A stretch of DNA of 64,000 nt from Octopus sinensis (lineage: Eukaryota), in the NCBI RefSeq assembly GCF_006345805.1, contig NC_043013.1:31806001-31870000 (forward strand). Reading direction: 5' to 3'. Positions 38,875 through 51,500 of this stretch are shown piece after piece (position 1 is the stretch's first letter; every line of letters begins with the position of its first letter). The position numbers and the translations under genes were made by a program. The notes under the pieces are model-generated. The model ran no database searches and was not told where the DNA came from. It saw only the letters and a program-made list of their open reading frames with translations.

Positions 38875-39110
38875 AACGACCCCGAACACACAAGTGCAAA
38901 CAAGGGAGTCAGAGAAAGGCAGAATGCTACTTATATCTGAACACTACTATAGAAATATTCTTTTAAAAAAACTTTTCTTCTAATTTTTCTAAATTTAATT
39001 ATTTAATCGTTACAGTTGAAACGGTCTCAAAATGACCGAAACTGGTACTGAAAGATTCACTATAAAATTATCTTAGCATTTTCTATTTTTGACTTGTTTT
39101 TTCATATATA
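38875..39110 (+). repeat. About 235-bp dispersed repeat carrying a hammerhead (copy 1, with core changes)
   Basis: High similarity to 43994-44226; HHR motif at 39005-39057 with A9 changed to C and the stem III palindrome broken (ACTGGT). Confidence 0.8.
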
Positions 39111-39202
39111 TCAACTCGTGTGTTCCTTTCCACCCTTATACATATATATATATATATTATATATATATATATTATATATATATATATATATTATATATAT
39201 AT

Positions 39203-39239
<37 letters not shown>

Positions 39240-39594
39240 CTATATATATATATATATTATATATATATATATATATATAATATTTAATACAGACAAAAAG
39301 AATCGGGCAGACACACACACGGAGAGAATACAAATAGACAGAGCAGATACGTATTAGCAGAGTGCAATGGCATTTTAGAGTGTATGAATGTATGAATTTC
39401 TTATTTTTCTTCCGTCTAATATAAATAGTTAAACATATTACTCGCACCTTTATGGGTATATCTGCAGAATGTGTTCATGCCTGCAAGAAAACGGAAAATA
39501 TCTATGTGAGTTGGTGTCGGATGTTGCTATCTATGGAGATATTCCTATCTACCAATATCGACTTCAGTTTGCTTGTGCAAGTTTATGCACTCAC

Positions 39595-39848
39595 AGCGTA
39601 TCTGCTTCTTCCAAAGTATTCGGGTCTAGGTAACTTTACATGAACAATATCATCGGGGTATTTGAACTGATATACTATCTCTAGTTTCGCTCCTTTATAC
39701 AAAGATGTCTCTTTAGGTGGTATTGTTACCATTTGTCGTGAGTTCGATATTTTAGCGGTGATTTCCATCTCCAGATTTGGTTGGATCTCTATCAAGATGT
39801 CCGACGAATTCATTCCGTTCGTTTTCCCTTCACGTTCATCCATCAATT
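39595..39848 (-). CDS. Candidate coding exon, product unknown
   Basis: 84 open codons with balanced composition (LMDEREGKTNGMNSSDILIEIQ...KYPDDIVHVKLPRPEYFGRSRYA) ending at a consensus |gtgagt donor. The acceptor is weak, so it may start at the ATG. No family recognised. Confidence 0.4.
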
Positions 39849-39882
39849 CTGTTTTTGTTTAAGTTTTGGTTATAATTTAGGT

Positions 39883-40187
39883 GTAGAGGCGCAATGGCCC
39901 AGGAGTTAGGGCAGCGGACTCGCGGTTTCGATTGCCAGACCAGGCGTTGTGTGTGTTTATTGAACGAAAACACCTAAAGCTCCGCGATGCTCCGGCAGGG
40001 GGTGGTGGCAACCCCTGTTGTACTTTTTCGCCCCATCGTTTTCTCACTCTTTCTTCCTGTTTCTTGAGAAACGCTGCGATGGACTGGCGTCCAGCCCAGC
40101 TAGGGAGGAAACACATAGGCCACAGAAACCGGAAAACCGGGCCAATGAGCCTGACTAGGCTTGTAAAGGGCGTATAAATAAAATAAA
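39883..40187 (+). mobile_element. tRNA-headed V-SINE-like element with 12-bp TSD
   Basis: TGCGATGGACTGGCGTCC V-like motif; TSD TATAATTTAGGT at 39871-39882 and 40188-40199. Confidence 0.8.
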
Positions 40188-42829
40188 TATAATTTAGGTA
40201 CAAGACCAGATAAATCCAGTATAATAATGTTTGTATTTTATATATTTTCAAAAAACACTTTGCTAAAATTTTCATTAGTCATGAAAGTAGCAATATCACA
40301 ACAAGACTTGGACCATTGAATGATGTCGTTGGTTTATAAGAGTGACATTAAAATAATGATTTCATTTATATGAGTGAATAAATAATTAAACATCTTAGTT
40401 GTAAATCTCATTATCTTATATTCAAAATACGATTAAAATGTGACAAGTCTTGTTTGTGTTGTTTTTCTTTCTAAATTTTAAAAATGCTCAATCTTTTGTC
40501 TACATCCAAGCAAACATTTGAGCTGGAATGACAAGACTTATAGTCAAGTTTCTACTTATAGTTACTTCATTGTGCCGTGAGAAATGATATCTCAAGCTTA
40601 TCATGAATATAAATTGGCATTTAGATTGACAAACAAAAAATACACTCAATTCGACTGCTTCTGTGAATTTTTTTCTCGAACATTAATATTTGGACGTATG
40701 AATCTTTTAGTAATAATGTCCAGTATTGCTGAGTTCCATCTGCGTTGTTTTCTGCTTGTATTTTCCTGGGTCTAAATGTTTTCCGAGATATTTTAGGATA
40801 TAATGTTGAATGAAATTCGGCGAGAATCGATTGAATATCAATTCCCAATTCATCAACTGGACCTTACTTCATGCACTGCAGTTTAGGTCTCATGCTATAA
40901 ATATAGACTGTTTATTAATTAATACTCGGTAATTCGAACTTATGTAAATTCCAAACATGTTATTACATAAGCTACAGTGTGTACATGTGAGTTTGCATGT
41001 GTGTGTCTACTTGTACGTGAGTGAGTGAGTGTGTGTTTGTATATATGTGATTGCGCGTGTGTATGCTTAAGAAATTAATTTAATTTCCCATAGTTCGCAA
41101 ACTAATATTGTGCCTATTCCAATAAAAGCCATATTTATGAATATAATTTACATCAATCTGAAGGATTAACTATAAACTGGGTTGTTCTTGATTCTTCAGT
41201 ATATTTATAATTGCGTCTAATTTAAACAAATCCTCAATGTGTAAATCAGAATTTTATAATCACTCAAAAGAATTACCAAAGCAATCAACTGCCATTTGCT
41301 TACGTATAAATATACAAGATTATGACCGTAATTATGCTACTGTTATATCATATATTACTCATAAAACCTTCCCGTTAATATCATTTGAGATTCCTTAATA
41401 AGAGGGTTCCGAAGCCGTTAGGAAATTGCATCTCTGATGTTTTTCTTACGCTGTCCGTAAAAAGATGTATATGATGTCCGTAAAAAGATGTATATGGATG
41501 TATACGCTATACATACATATCGGCAGTATTGAATATTATTTTAATACATTGTTGGGAAAATTAAATCGGCAGACCCGAATGAAATTCTTATTCTATTATT
41601 GTTTTCATTCCAATTAATAGCACAACAACATCTGTATATAAATATAAGTGAAGACAAGAATTACCAATATCTCATAGATATTTATTATTTTAATCCTTGA
41701 TTACCTCAAAATGTGAAACACCATCACCAAAGACATTCGGTAGAGTTCAGATAAGTTGTGTTTTTTAGGCTGTGAAGCACATATTAGGAAAGTAATATGT
41801 AAGGCATGATATGTTGGGTTATACAAGCATGTTAGTAGTCGTTAATACTGTGTGTGTACGTCTGTGTGTTTATGTGTATGTGTTTGCTCGCGCATGTGTG
41901 TATGTGTTTGATTATGCATGTATAATGTCAAAGACGTAGAATCTATTATAATAAAATTGATTAAATTGTCAGGTTAAGAGTTGAGATTTGTTAGCTCTTC
42001 GCAATAAGTATTCCATTGATAATTCGAAATGATAATGATGTATTTTACCAAAGGTGTATCCTGAGGTTTTCAGCAGGTAATATCTATCTCTCATCATTCA
42101 TCAATGTTCTCTAACAAGTGTAAATTGCAAAGATAGATTACAGATGTATAACTTCAATCATCAATTATACATATTCCGACACAGAAATGTTTAATGGAAG
42201 ATTTAATCGTTTGAAAGCAATTTTATTTCACGTTACTATTGGTCCCCGATGGATAAAAATCTATTCGTAAGACACATAGTCTGAGCGGCAATTATAACAT
42301 GCAAGAAGTTAGTAATTTGCAGATGTGTGTCCCTGAAGGCGCTAAAAATTATGTGTAAAAAATTTAATAGCTCAACAAAAGCAACAAACAATCTCGCTTG
42401 GTTAATGAAGGCAGTCACGTATAAAAACTAAAGCAAATATTTGCTTCCAAATCAGAATTGCATAAATAAAAATAGAAAACATAATAAAATAAAATATGAA
42501 ATCTAATTTCGTTATCGACAGAGAAAATTATTATCATTAACTATTCGCAGATTCCAAGTGAGGAAAGTAACGTTTTTTCATATTATTTAAGATATTGATG
42601 CGGCAAATCGAAAAAAATAAGCAAAATGATATTACGACAATATAATTTGCAATCTATAAATTCTGAGTCATTGCACAGTATTATCAATAATACTGTATGT
42701 GTGTATGTGTGTTTGTGTTTGTGTGTGTGTGCGCATATGTGTGTGTGCATGTGTATGTGTGTGTGTATATATTTGTTGATAATATTGTGCAACTGTGGAA
42801 TGACAGAATTTATAGATAGCAAATTATAC

Positions 42830-42861
<32 letters not shown>

Positions 42862-42913
42862 GTGTATGTATATATATATATATAATATATATATATACAT
42901 ATATATATATATG

Positions 42914-42986
<73 letters not shown>

Positions 42987-43993
42987 ATACTACATATCAT
43001 ATGTGCTATATATATATGTATGTATGTATGTATTTGTGTGAGTAGATACATTCATGAAGCTATCGCTGTGTGTGTGTTTGTGAGTATGTGTGTAAGCAAA
43101 CATCTATATTATGAATATTTTTCGATATATATATATATTTTATGTTGGAATGTAGCGATAAACGGATTCCATTTAAGAGTTCCATAATCAAAAGGTTAGT
43201 GTTATAATGATTTTATTGACTAAACGTAAACAAATCAATGTATATAAATTTAAGTATTATGTACCGGAACACATCGTGTCCCTGCAAACTGGGTGCATTC
43301 AGACAAAGTAGTCAGGAGTTTCATTGATGCGGTTATGAATGATAGATATTAAAATTTATCCAGATTTATTGCATCCATAATTATAAAGTAACAAACCACA
43401 ACGTAAATATTTTCAAATATCAAAGTTCTTCCTATTAGCAATCATTGGCCAAATATTGAATATGAAAACCTTCAGTTAAAAACTTTTACCTCCTGGGCTG
43501 TGATTTTAATGAATGTAAGGCAAAAAAAAATCGTGGCATATTTGCAGCCTATTTTTGTGTTCAAATTTGTTTGAGTGACAATACAGATATAGAGTCTTGT
43601 TGTGATATTTTGGAGGCCCCATCGCTCAACTGGTGCTTAATTTATCGATACCGAAAGGATACCGAAAGGATGAAATGTAAAGTCCACATTTGTGACATTT
43701 GAACTCAGAACGTAAAAACGAACGAAATGTCGCTAAGCATTTTGCCCGGCACGGTAACGCTTCCGCCACCTCCCTGAGTTCTAAGAGCTTGTATCTTTAA
43801 ATGATATCAATTTATGCTCGTGGGTGTATATATATATATATATAATTGAACTGCGTGGGTGTATATATAATTGAACTGCGACTACTGTCAGCCACTGACC
43901 ATTCAAAATACGACCATTAAGGCATTCCCATATTTCCCCACCCCCTCTCCATATCAACCTCATTATTCTTCACCTATCCTACCAAGAACTCAA

Positions 43994-44226
43994 AACGACC
44001 TCGAACACACAAGTGCAAACAAGGGAGTCAGAGAAAGGCAGAATGCTACTTATATCTGAACACTACTACAGAAATATTATTTTAAAACACTTTTCTTCTA
44101 ATTTTTCTAAATTTAATTATTTAATCGTTACAGTTGAAAAGGTCTCAAAATGACCGAAACCGGTACTGAAAGATTCACTATAAAATCATCTTAGCATTTT
44201 CTATTTTTGACTTGTTTTTTCATATA
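43994..44226 (+). repeat. About 235-bp dispersed repeat carrying a hammerhead (copy 2)
   Basis: High similarity to 38875-39110. Confidence 0.8.
44123..44175 (+). ncRNA. Minimal type I hammerhead with variant U3-A8 core
   Basis: CAG-TTGAAAA-GGTC tcaaaat GACC-GAAA-CCGG-TA^CTG; stem I extends as AATC(G)TT(A)CAG / CTG(A)AAGATT; palindrome ACCGGT. Confidence 0.7.
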
Positions 44227-44242
44227 TATATATATATATACT

Positions 44243-44274
<32 letters not shown>

Positions 44275-44418
44275 CATATATATATATATATATACATATA
44301 TACATATATATACATATATATACATGCATATACATATATATATAGGCATATATATATACACACATATATATATACATGAGAGATGCTCTAGTATATATAT
44401 ATTATATATATATATAAT

Positions 44419-44485
<67 letters not shown>

Positions 44486-45660
44486 TATATTATATCCTAT
44501 ACTACATATCATATGTGCTATATATATTGTGTATACTTATAGAGGGGGAAAGAAAGAGTCGGAAGTGTGTCTATGTCGTTGTGCATGTAAACATTATTAT
44601 AGTAATTTGAATGATATTGGCGTTATTGGTGCGTTTTAAGAAGCAATCACTGCAATTCATTAAGTATTACGACCGAGAATGTTACGTACACAAACCACTT
44701 GCTAGCTCTATACGCCTATTTCTGTAGAGAGTTTTGTATCGCTTTCCGTTTGTGTTCCTCGTGCCTATTACTTATCAACTCAGAGTAAACGGCTTCTATT
44801 TAAACGGAATGCTAATCTACTGCAACTTTAACCCTTCAACCTCCAAATAATGTTATTTCTAATATCTGCACAATCAAAGGCAGTAGCAACCTTCTCAAGA
44901 TTACAACGGGCCAACTTATCCATGAGTTAAAAGTATATTACGATCACAAGTTGAATACTTCACCCTCTGGGCCACAGGCTATCACAGTTTGCCTATACTT
45001 TCTTTAACTATATACTTACAATGCCCTTCATCAATTATTATTCGCTTAAATGAATTGATATTTCTCCTACAAATGAACTGCTGTCCATATAGCGGAAAGA
45101 TAATTCTTCTTGTCATCTCCAATTTCTTCATACAAAGTTCAACAAATTCTTTCATCTTTTTGCATGAAACCATATCTATATCGTTGACATTAACGCAACT
45201 GTCATATTTAAATTATCTTTCCGAAAAATCAAACAATCGAATAATCCCTTACGTATCAATTCTCTATTTAATCGAACGCATTCGACGGATAATTTGAGTT
45301 AAAACAGAAATTCTAATAACTTAGCATCCATAATCCTTCGTTTTATATCTAGCTGTTGCCTTTGATCAAACTTTTGTATATTCATCAATATATTCGAGAC
45401 AATTAAAGAACTAACGATTTTCAAAAATTTTTGCGTAACTTGCTTCGAACGTACCGTTTCCTTAATATCTAGAATCAAGTTTATGTCATTTATGTCTATA
45501 TTTATATCTCTGAATGGATTGCAATTTGAAACGGTATATTGTAAATGAATTAGAGATTTAAATCATATAAAATTCTATCTTGAATGACATATAATCCAAC
45601 TTATACCAGGTATCATAGCAGAAAAAATATGTATACACATATATATATATATATGATTTT

Positions 45661-45880
45661 GATTTTGTTTTGGCTCCTCGCTCTGTCGTACGCAACTATG
45701 AGGATTTGCATTCCCAACGTAAAACTTATAATGTAATACATGTCCTTGAAGTAGTAATTGTACGCGGCTGAAGAAGGCTATATACACACATTTACATCAA
45801 TCATGCATTGTTATATACCGTCTAATAAAGGCCCGAAACATATGTACCGCTAAATCCTTTGCATCATGTTTTTATTTTGA
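45661..45880 (+). mobile_element. Diverged copy of the palindrome-arm 3' end with an intact hammerhead core (HHR 45764-45850)
   Basis: GCGG-CTGAAGA-AGGCT...GGCCC-GAAA-CATATG-TA^CCGC, then AAATCCTTTGCATCATGTTTTTATTTT, as at 28053-28160. Confidence 0.8.
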
Positions 45881-46619
45881 TAAATATATATATATATATG
45901 TGTGTGTGTGTTTGTGTGTGTATGTGTGTATGTGTGTGTGTGCGTGTGTGTGTGAGTGTGCGTGTGTACTTGGTGGTGGCATGTGACTTAGTGGTTGTGG
46001 TGATGCACATATTATCGTAAAATTATAATTTCGACTACTGAACCGGCAATGCTTTGCATTCTTGAGCAAAAACTTCATTTCAAATTTCTCCAGTCAACTC
46101 AACTAGTAAAAATGTGTAATGCTGCGAGAAACCGGAGTCCCGCCCAGGTGGAGAACATATACGCCACAGAACTAAGAAAACCGGAAATGGGCCCAGGGCT
46201 CAGGAACGGTCATTGATTTTCTGGTTATTTTGTATACATTTGCCTTTTTATTGGATTAAGACACACTTTTCAATATCAGAATGTTCTATGTTTTATAACT
46301 GTACTTAAAATAATCTATTGAATACTTATATCCAAAGCTTTGCCTATCCTCTCTCATGCAAGAATCCCATATAAGGCGTTAAAATTTTGAACGAAATCAA
46401 TGTCAAAGATTACTCGCATTTCTATAATAATATACCTATGTGGTTTTAATATTTACTAACACAATTTGACGAGTTAAATATACTATAAATTTATCGAAAG
46501 AATCATTATGAATTTCCATATAAGAAACTTTCCTTAAAGTACTTACGAAAAATGAGCTAAGATATAACCTTAATTACATTCCGGAAGAAATCGCACGACT
46601 CTACCACAATGTATCATCA

Positions 46620-46910
46620 GATAGATACATACATGGTTGTGAAAAGAGGGAAAACTGTAAACCAGACTAGAAACATCACCATCAGTGACTTGAGTGTTTC
46701 CACTGCATCTGATGAGGAATGTTACAGGTATCTAGGGGTGGATGAAAACATATCTTACAATGACACCCGTAACAAAACACGTAACACTAAATAATATTAC
46801 AGCCGAATAAAGAAAATTTGCACCTCGGAACACTCTATATTTAATAAAACAGTGGACCAAAGTGTGGTTAGAGTGTCAGTACTCATACCAACATTGGGGC
46901 TGCCTTGCTT
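46620..46910 (+). mobile_element. Decayed R4/Dong-clade LINE RT C-terminal fragment
   Basis: TYMVVKRGK...CYRYLGVDENISY...YYSRIKKICTSE...NK resembles KCA.L.MKRGK...YKYLG..E...EY.RR.RKI.KS.L..NK. Confidence 0.7.
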
Positions 46911-47000
46911 AGTTATCAGTCGGCTTCAACTCTGTCAAGAAGCACTGAAATTCAAAGAAACGATCATACATACAAATACACACACATACACACGCACATA

Positions 47001-47285
47001 CACGTGGTCTGATCAATAAGTATCCGGACTGTTGCCATAGTAACGAAGCAAAAGCATACATAGTAAAGCCGCTTGACACAGATTGACCTTGAACTTTGTT
47101 GTGCATGCGCTCTAAGTTTTAATGTTCTCACAGGCCGTGTATACACTAGTGCTTGGAAGGAAAGTGTGTAGCGTGTGATCGTCGCATTGGCCATCAGAGA
47201 GAAGGTTGAGCACAGAATCTGCATCAAATTTTGCCAAATGCTTGGCATTACATTCTCGGAGGATTACGCAAAATTTTCAAAATGT
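47001..47285 (+). mobile_element. Mariner-like transposon 5' end
   Basis: Follows TA; TIR-like CGTGGTCTGATCAATAAGTATCCGGAC; transposase start EKVEHRICIKFCQMLG (cf. EQRICIKFC.KLGK). Confidence 0.7.
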
Positions 47286-47513
47286 TTTCATCGTTCTCGA
47301 CACAATCAAGAAGATATTATGGAACTGAAACCCGAGTTGCAAAAACTCAGATAACGTAAAAGACGGTGGCAACAAGATTGAAATGAATCATCGAAAAAGT
47401 TCCAACGAAATAGATTGCCGATTCCACAATGATCCGGACACTAACGATCAAACAGAATATCATGAAAACAGAATCAAAAGGCCACCAGATGAGCATAAAA
47501 ATAATAATAGTCA

Positions 47514-47858
47514 AACGAGAGCACTAAGGGAGCGCAAACCTCCGCCAAGGCAACACGAACATCTTCTCAACGATCAGACAGAGATGATTTTTAAAATGGG
47601 AATATCTCAAATAAACTTGACTGCTCTTGCAAACGCGAATACTAAAAATGAACCCGATCGCTCTCAAAATTCAATTTTAAAAAAAACCGATAAACAGTCC
47701 AGAAACCTTGTCCGGTACCGGATCAATACCAAAATCTAATCAGTTCGTACCAGTTACCAGGCCAAACATCCCTGCAAGTTTCATTCGAATCCATCCAGTG
47801 ATTCTTGAGATATCTTGTCCACGACAAACGAACAAACGCGACTGAAAAACAATACCGT
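47514..47858 (+). mobile_element. Helentron-like non-autonomous element, copy 2 (3' hairpin lost)
   Basis: Homologous to 33324-33663. Confidence 0.55.
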
Positions 47859-47953
47859 TGCATAATTTAAATCCTGTGTATATGTGGATCTAAGACGTGT
47901 AATGTTCATTAAATAGCAGTCTAAACGTACTCCTGATGCTATTTATTCAATTG

Positions 47954-48004
<51 letters not shown>

Positions 48005-48050
48005 CATACATACATACATACATGTACATATATCTACATACATATATAAT

Positions 48051-48084
<34 letters not shown>

Positions 48085-49687
48085 TATATATATATATATA
48101 CACACACACACAAATATCCACACACATACACACAGATACGCACAATGTCGTGAGCAACATCAGAAAGCAATGCTCCTGTAAGTGTTACCGGTTTGCAGTG
48201 GTGTTACGAAACACTGTATTGCTTCTTTTGCTTCAATGTCATGTATGATTTTTTTTTTCGTTTTCCAGAGAGTTACCTCACTAAAATGGAAGCAATTGCT
48301 ACATCTTCAATCACGCAAATACTGAGTATATTATACAATTCCTTCGAAGTATAGCTTTCTTTTTACATGCGCCTTTCATCCCATGATTGACTATTTTCTA
48401 CGGATCTCATCAGTTTCCGAACCATCGTTATGCTGAAGATTGTCAACCAGATTTGACCTTATAGCAAACAATTATTGTGCACAGTGCCTTTTCTTGAAGC
48501 ATCGTGCACGATCATTATGTCTTACATAATTCATAAATTTCACTTGTACACACTTTCAGATTCCCCATTCCTCGTAAATTGCTTTTCATCCCAGCAGATG
48601 ATCACTCATTTCAACGTAAGGAACAGCTGCAACAGCTGTATTTATGCTGGATTAATGAAACTTCATGCATGTCAACACCTGCATTTTCTCTTTCGTATTA
48701 CATCGATGACAGATACGGCATTTAAAAGTTAATGCGACTACAGCCGCGCCACGTGAGATCACATCTGAAATCCATTCCATGTACAACAACACGAAATTTA
48801 ACGATATAAAAATTCAGCATTTGTTGGACAATTCCAATTTTCCGAAACTGCATGTTATTTTTACGGGTTAAAGATCAACGCCTCTTGTCTTTCTTTTTAA
48901 TGGGAGATATTCCCAATTAACATTATAAAGGACACATAAAATTAAGCTTATCTTAAATCTCTTCTATTGTTGCGCTGCCGATGTTTTCAGAGAAAAAATT
49001 TCTTTGAATTAGTGATCCCCACTGTGGGAAATAATTCAAGATGTTTTAGGATTAGGAATGAGAACGTCAACAGCCAGAGAAAAACTGATGCATCGTCCAT
49101 GGCTATTCGTTGAATATTCATTAAATTAATACAAAAGTTAATCACCAGTTAGGTTCTAATTCTTTATTGTAAAAAGAATATGGATTCACTTAATAATCAT
49201 GAAATAAATTTTATTCCTGCCAGAATTTGATATCGCTCAACACTGGGCTGGTTACACATAATATCATTCTAATTAGATAAATATAATTTATGCTGGAATG
49301 CAGCAAAATATATGCATCAGAAACTACGTTCGTTAATACGAAATCATTTTATGGATGCAAAGTTTTATAGCATTTGCATGGACACACGAGAGAACAAATG
49401 AATAATTCTGGGATTGCTTGATATTCTAGTTGTAAGAAATGCCTCCCAAACCAAAACTAATATTCATCACAAAAAGAAATTGGAAAATCACACGAAATGA
49501 TCAAACAGCTCAGAACTCAGAAAAGTTTGTTACTTTGGTTATTACTGTTCGGGAAAAGAACAAATCAGGCACTGAACGATAACATGTAAAATAACATAAA
49601 AATTGTGATAGAAATTTATCATTAAATTTAGGCGCAACTTTTTGTTAACGTTTATATTAGAATTCATATTATCGGGTTCGACAGATT

Positions 49688-50230
49688 GACCGTTATGTAA
49701 ACCTCCTCGGGGAATTTGAAGACGCAGGCTGGAAAGCGGAGTATTTTCCAATCGAAGTTGGATGTAGAGGGTTTGTTGGACACAGTGTGAGACGACAGTT
49801 GTTATCGATAGGCCTAACTCATCGTAAAGTAAATACCACCACGACCGATAACCAAACCACAGTGGAGATGGCTAGCCACTGGATTTGATTAAAAAGAGAC
49901 AATGAGCGATGTCTAGAGAAATTTTCAGGTTTATTTAATAACCAGTTAATCTAGCAAAGTGAGGGGCCCGGTGCGCATTGATGCCGTCGAGAGGTAGGCC
50001 CCGAAACGGCGCGTATTCTCTCCTGATGACCACATACACTTCCTGACTTCTGGTATGCAGAGTTCTTGACTGGTAGCACTTGCATGTGCAAGTTGTTTGC
50101 AAGACATGTAAGTTCTTTTCAAGACATAACTTGTTGGCAGGTGTGTTCTACTCCGATTGGTAGAATACCTGTCGCGCTTAAAGAAGATGCGGGTTGTGCT
50201 TAAAGAAGATACAGGTCGGGGATGACAAAA
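49688..50230 (+). mobile_element. HERO-like (restriction-like endonuclease) LINE 3' end with 3' UTR, 5'-truncated
   Basis: RYVNLLGEFEDAGWKAEYFPIEVGCRGFVGHS...VEMASHWI*LKRD matches the EVGCRGF...AS.WIW.KR C-terminus typical of HERO-clade elements. The 3' boundary is approximate. Confidence 0.7.
49982..50033 (+). ncRNA. Hammerhead-like motif with non-canonical strand order
   Basis: TGCCGTC^GAGAGG ... GAAACGGCG ... TCTCTC-CTGATGA: stems III and I each pair over 5 Watson-Crick bp plus one G.U; stem II is poor. Confidence 0.55.
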
Positions 50231-50243
50231 TCGCAAGCACACT

Positions 50244-50385
50244 GGGCGAAATGCTTGGCCGTGTTTCGTCTGTCTTCACGTTCTGCGTTCAAATTCCGCC
50301 GCTGTCGACATTGCGTTTCAACGCTTCGGATTCGATAAATTAAACAACAGTGAAACAGTGGGATCGATGTAACCGACTTACCCCT
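50244..50385 (+). mobile_element. SINE family B fragment
   Basis: GGGCGAAATGCTT...GTTCAAATTCCGCCG. Confidence 0.7.
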
Positions 50386-51006
50386 TCATTACTTTAATAG
50401 ATAGGATTATTTATGGCTTTATCTGCTTCAAGTTTCACCGTTCTAAGAAAGTATTATTTTACGTTCTCTTGAAGATACTAACATCTTATCATATCACAAA
50501 TACAATATACGTTGGTAAGAATGAAATGTTTAAACATAAAGAAATTTGAAATATCGTTTTGGCCAAATTTAGAACACCTGGCATACTTACAGGTATGATT
50601 ACGGATCCCCCGAATTTTTGTTTCTAATATTTACTTGCTATAATTTATAGCTTTATCTGCTTCGAGTTTCATCATTCTAAGTAGAATTGTTTCCCTTTCT
50701 CTACAAGTTTTTCCGGTTACCCTCCAGCTGAGACAAGTTTGTTCTTGTCACTCCATTTATTTTCTCGTCATCTATCCTATCCGTAGAAAAACGAATTCCT
50801 GAAACATTAGATGTTTTTCTAATTTTCCTGAGAGTTAACATAATACAACCTGTTCATTTGTTTCTTAACAGCATGTTCGTGCTTTTATTTTTTTTTGTAC
50901 CATATGTGTGTATGTGTGTACATCATATTATGCATATAGATGTGTATACACATTTGTATGTATATTCATGTATACATACAGATATGTATGTGTGTGTATG
51001 TGTATG

Positions 51007-51056
<50 letters not shown>

Positions 51057-51184
51057 GGATGCAAAGTTTTATAGCATTTGCATAGACGCACGAGAGAACA
51101 AATGAACAATTCCGGGATTGCTTGATATTCTAGTTGTAAGAAATGCCTCCCAAACCAAAACCAATATTCATCCACAAGAAATGT

Positions 51185-51500
51185 GTGATAAGAAGCTTGC
51201 TTGTTTCAGGATTCAGTGCCGCTGCGTATTATCTTGGACAAGTCTCTTCTACTATAGCCTTGGGCCGATCAAATTCATGTGAGTGGGATCAGTTGACGGA
51301 AACTGAAAGGAGCCTGGCGTATATATGTGTATATGTTCCCACCACTGTTTGACAACCGGTACTGCTGTCTTTAGATTTCCGTAACTTAGAGGTTCGGCAA
51401 AGGCTATCGATAGATTAAACATCGTGCTTTAAAAAAATATACTGGGTTCGATACATTCGGCTAAAATTTCAGAGAGTTGCACAAGCACAGCCGCAATTAA
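51185..51500 (+). mobile_element. SINE family A, old copy
   Basis: GTCTTCTACTATAGCCTTGGGCCGA...GTAACTTAG.GGTTCGGCAA. Confidence 0.6.

Noticed and set aside
41451-41497. Small local tandem duplications (also 17733-17780, 43650-43672, 43820-43880)
   Set aside because: Ordinary slippage duplications with no further structure.
45020-45175. Minus-strand candidate exon ending KRIIIDEGH, resembling a SNF2-type DExH motif
   Set aside because: Weak acceptor, upstream residues do not fit a helicase, and no other helicase motifs were found in the window.
49963-50030. HDV-like ribozyme reading, or a standard type I/II hammerhead reading, of the HERO 3' UTR
   Set aside because: No P1.1/P3/J4-2 elements for HDV; type I lacks a CUGANGA before the GGGGCC helix; type II lacks a stem I hairpin.
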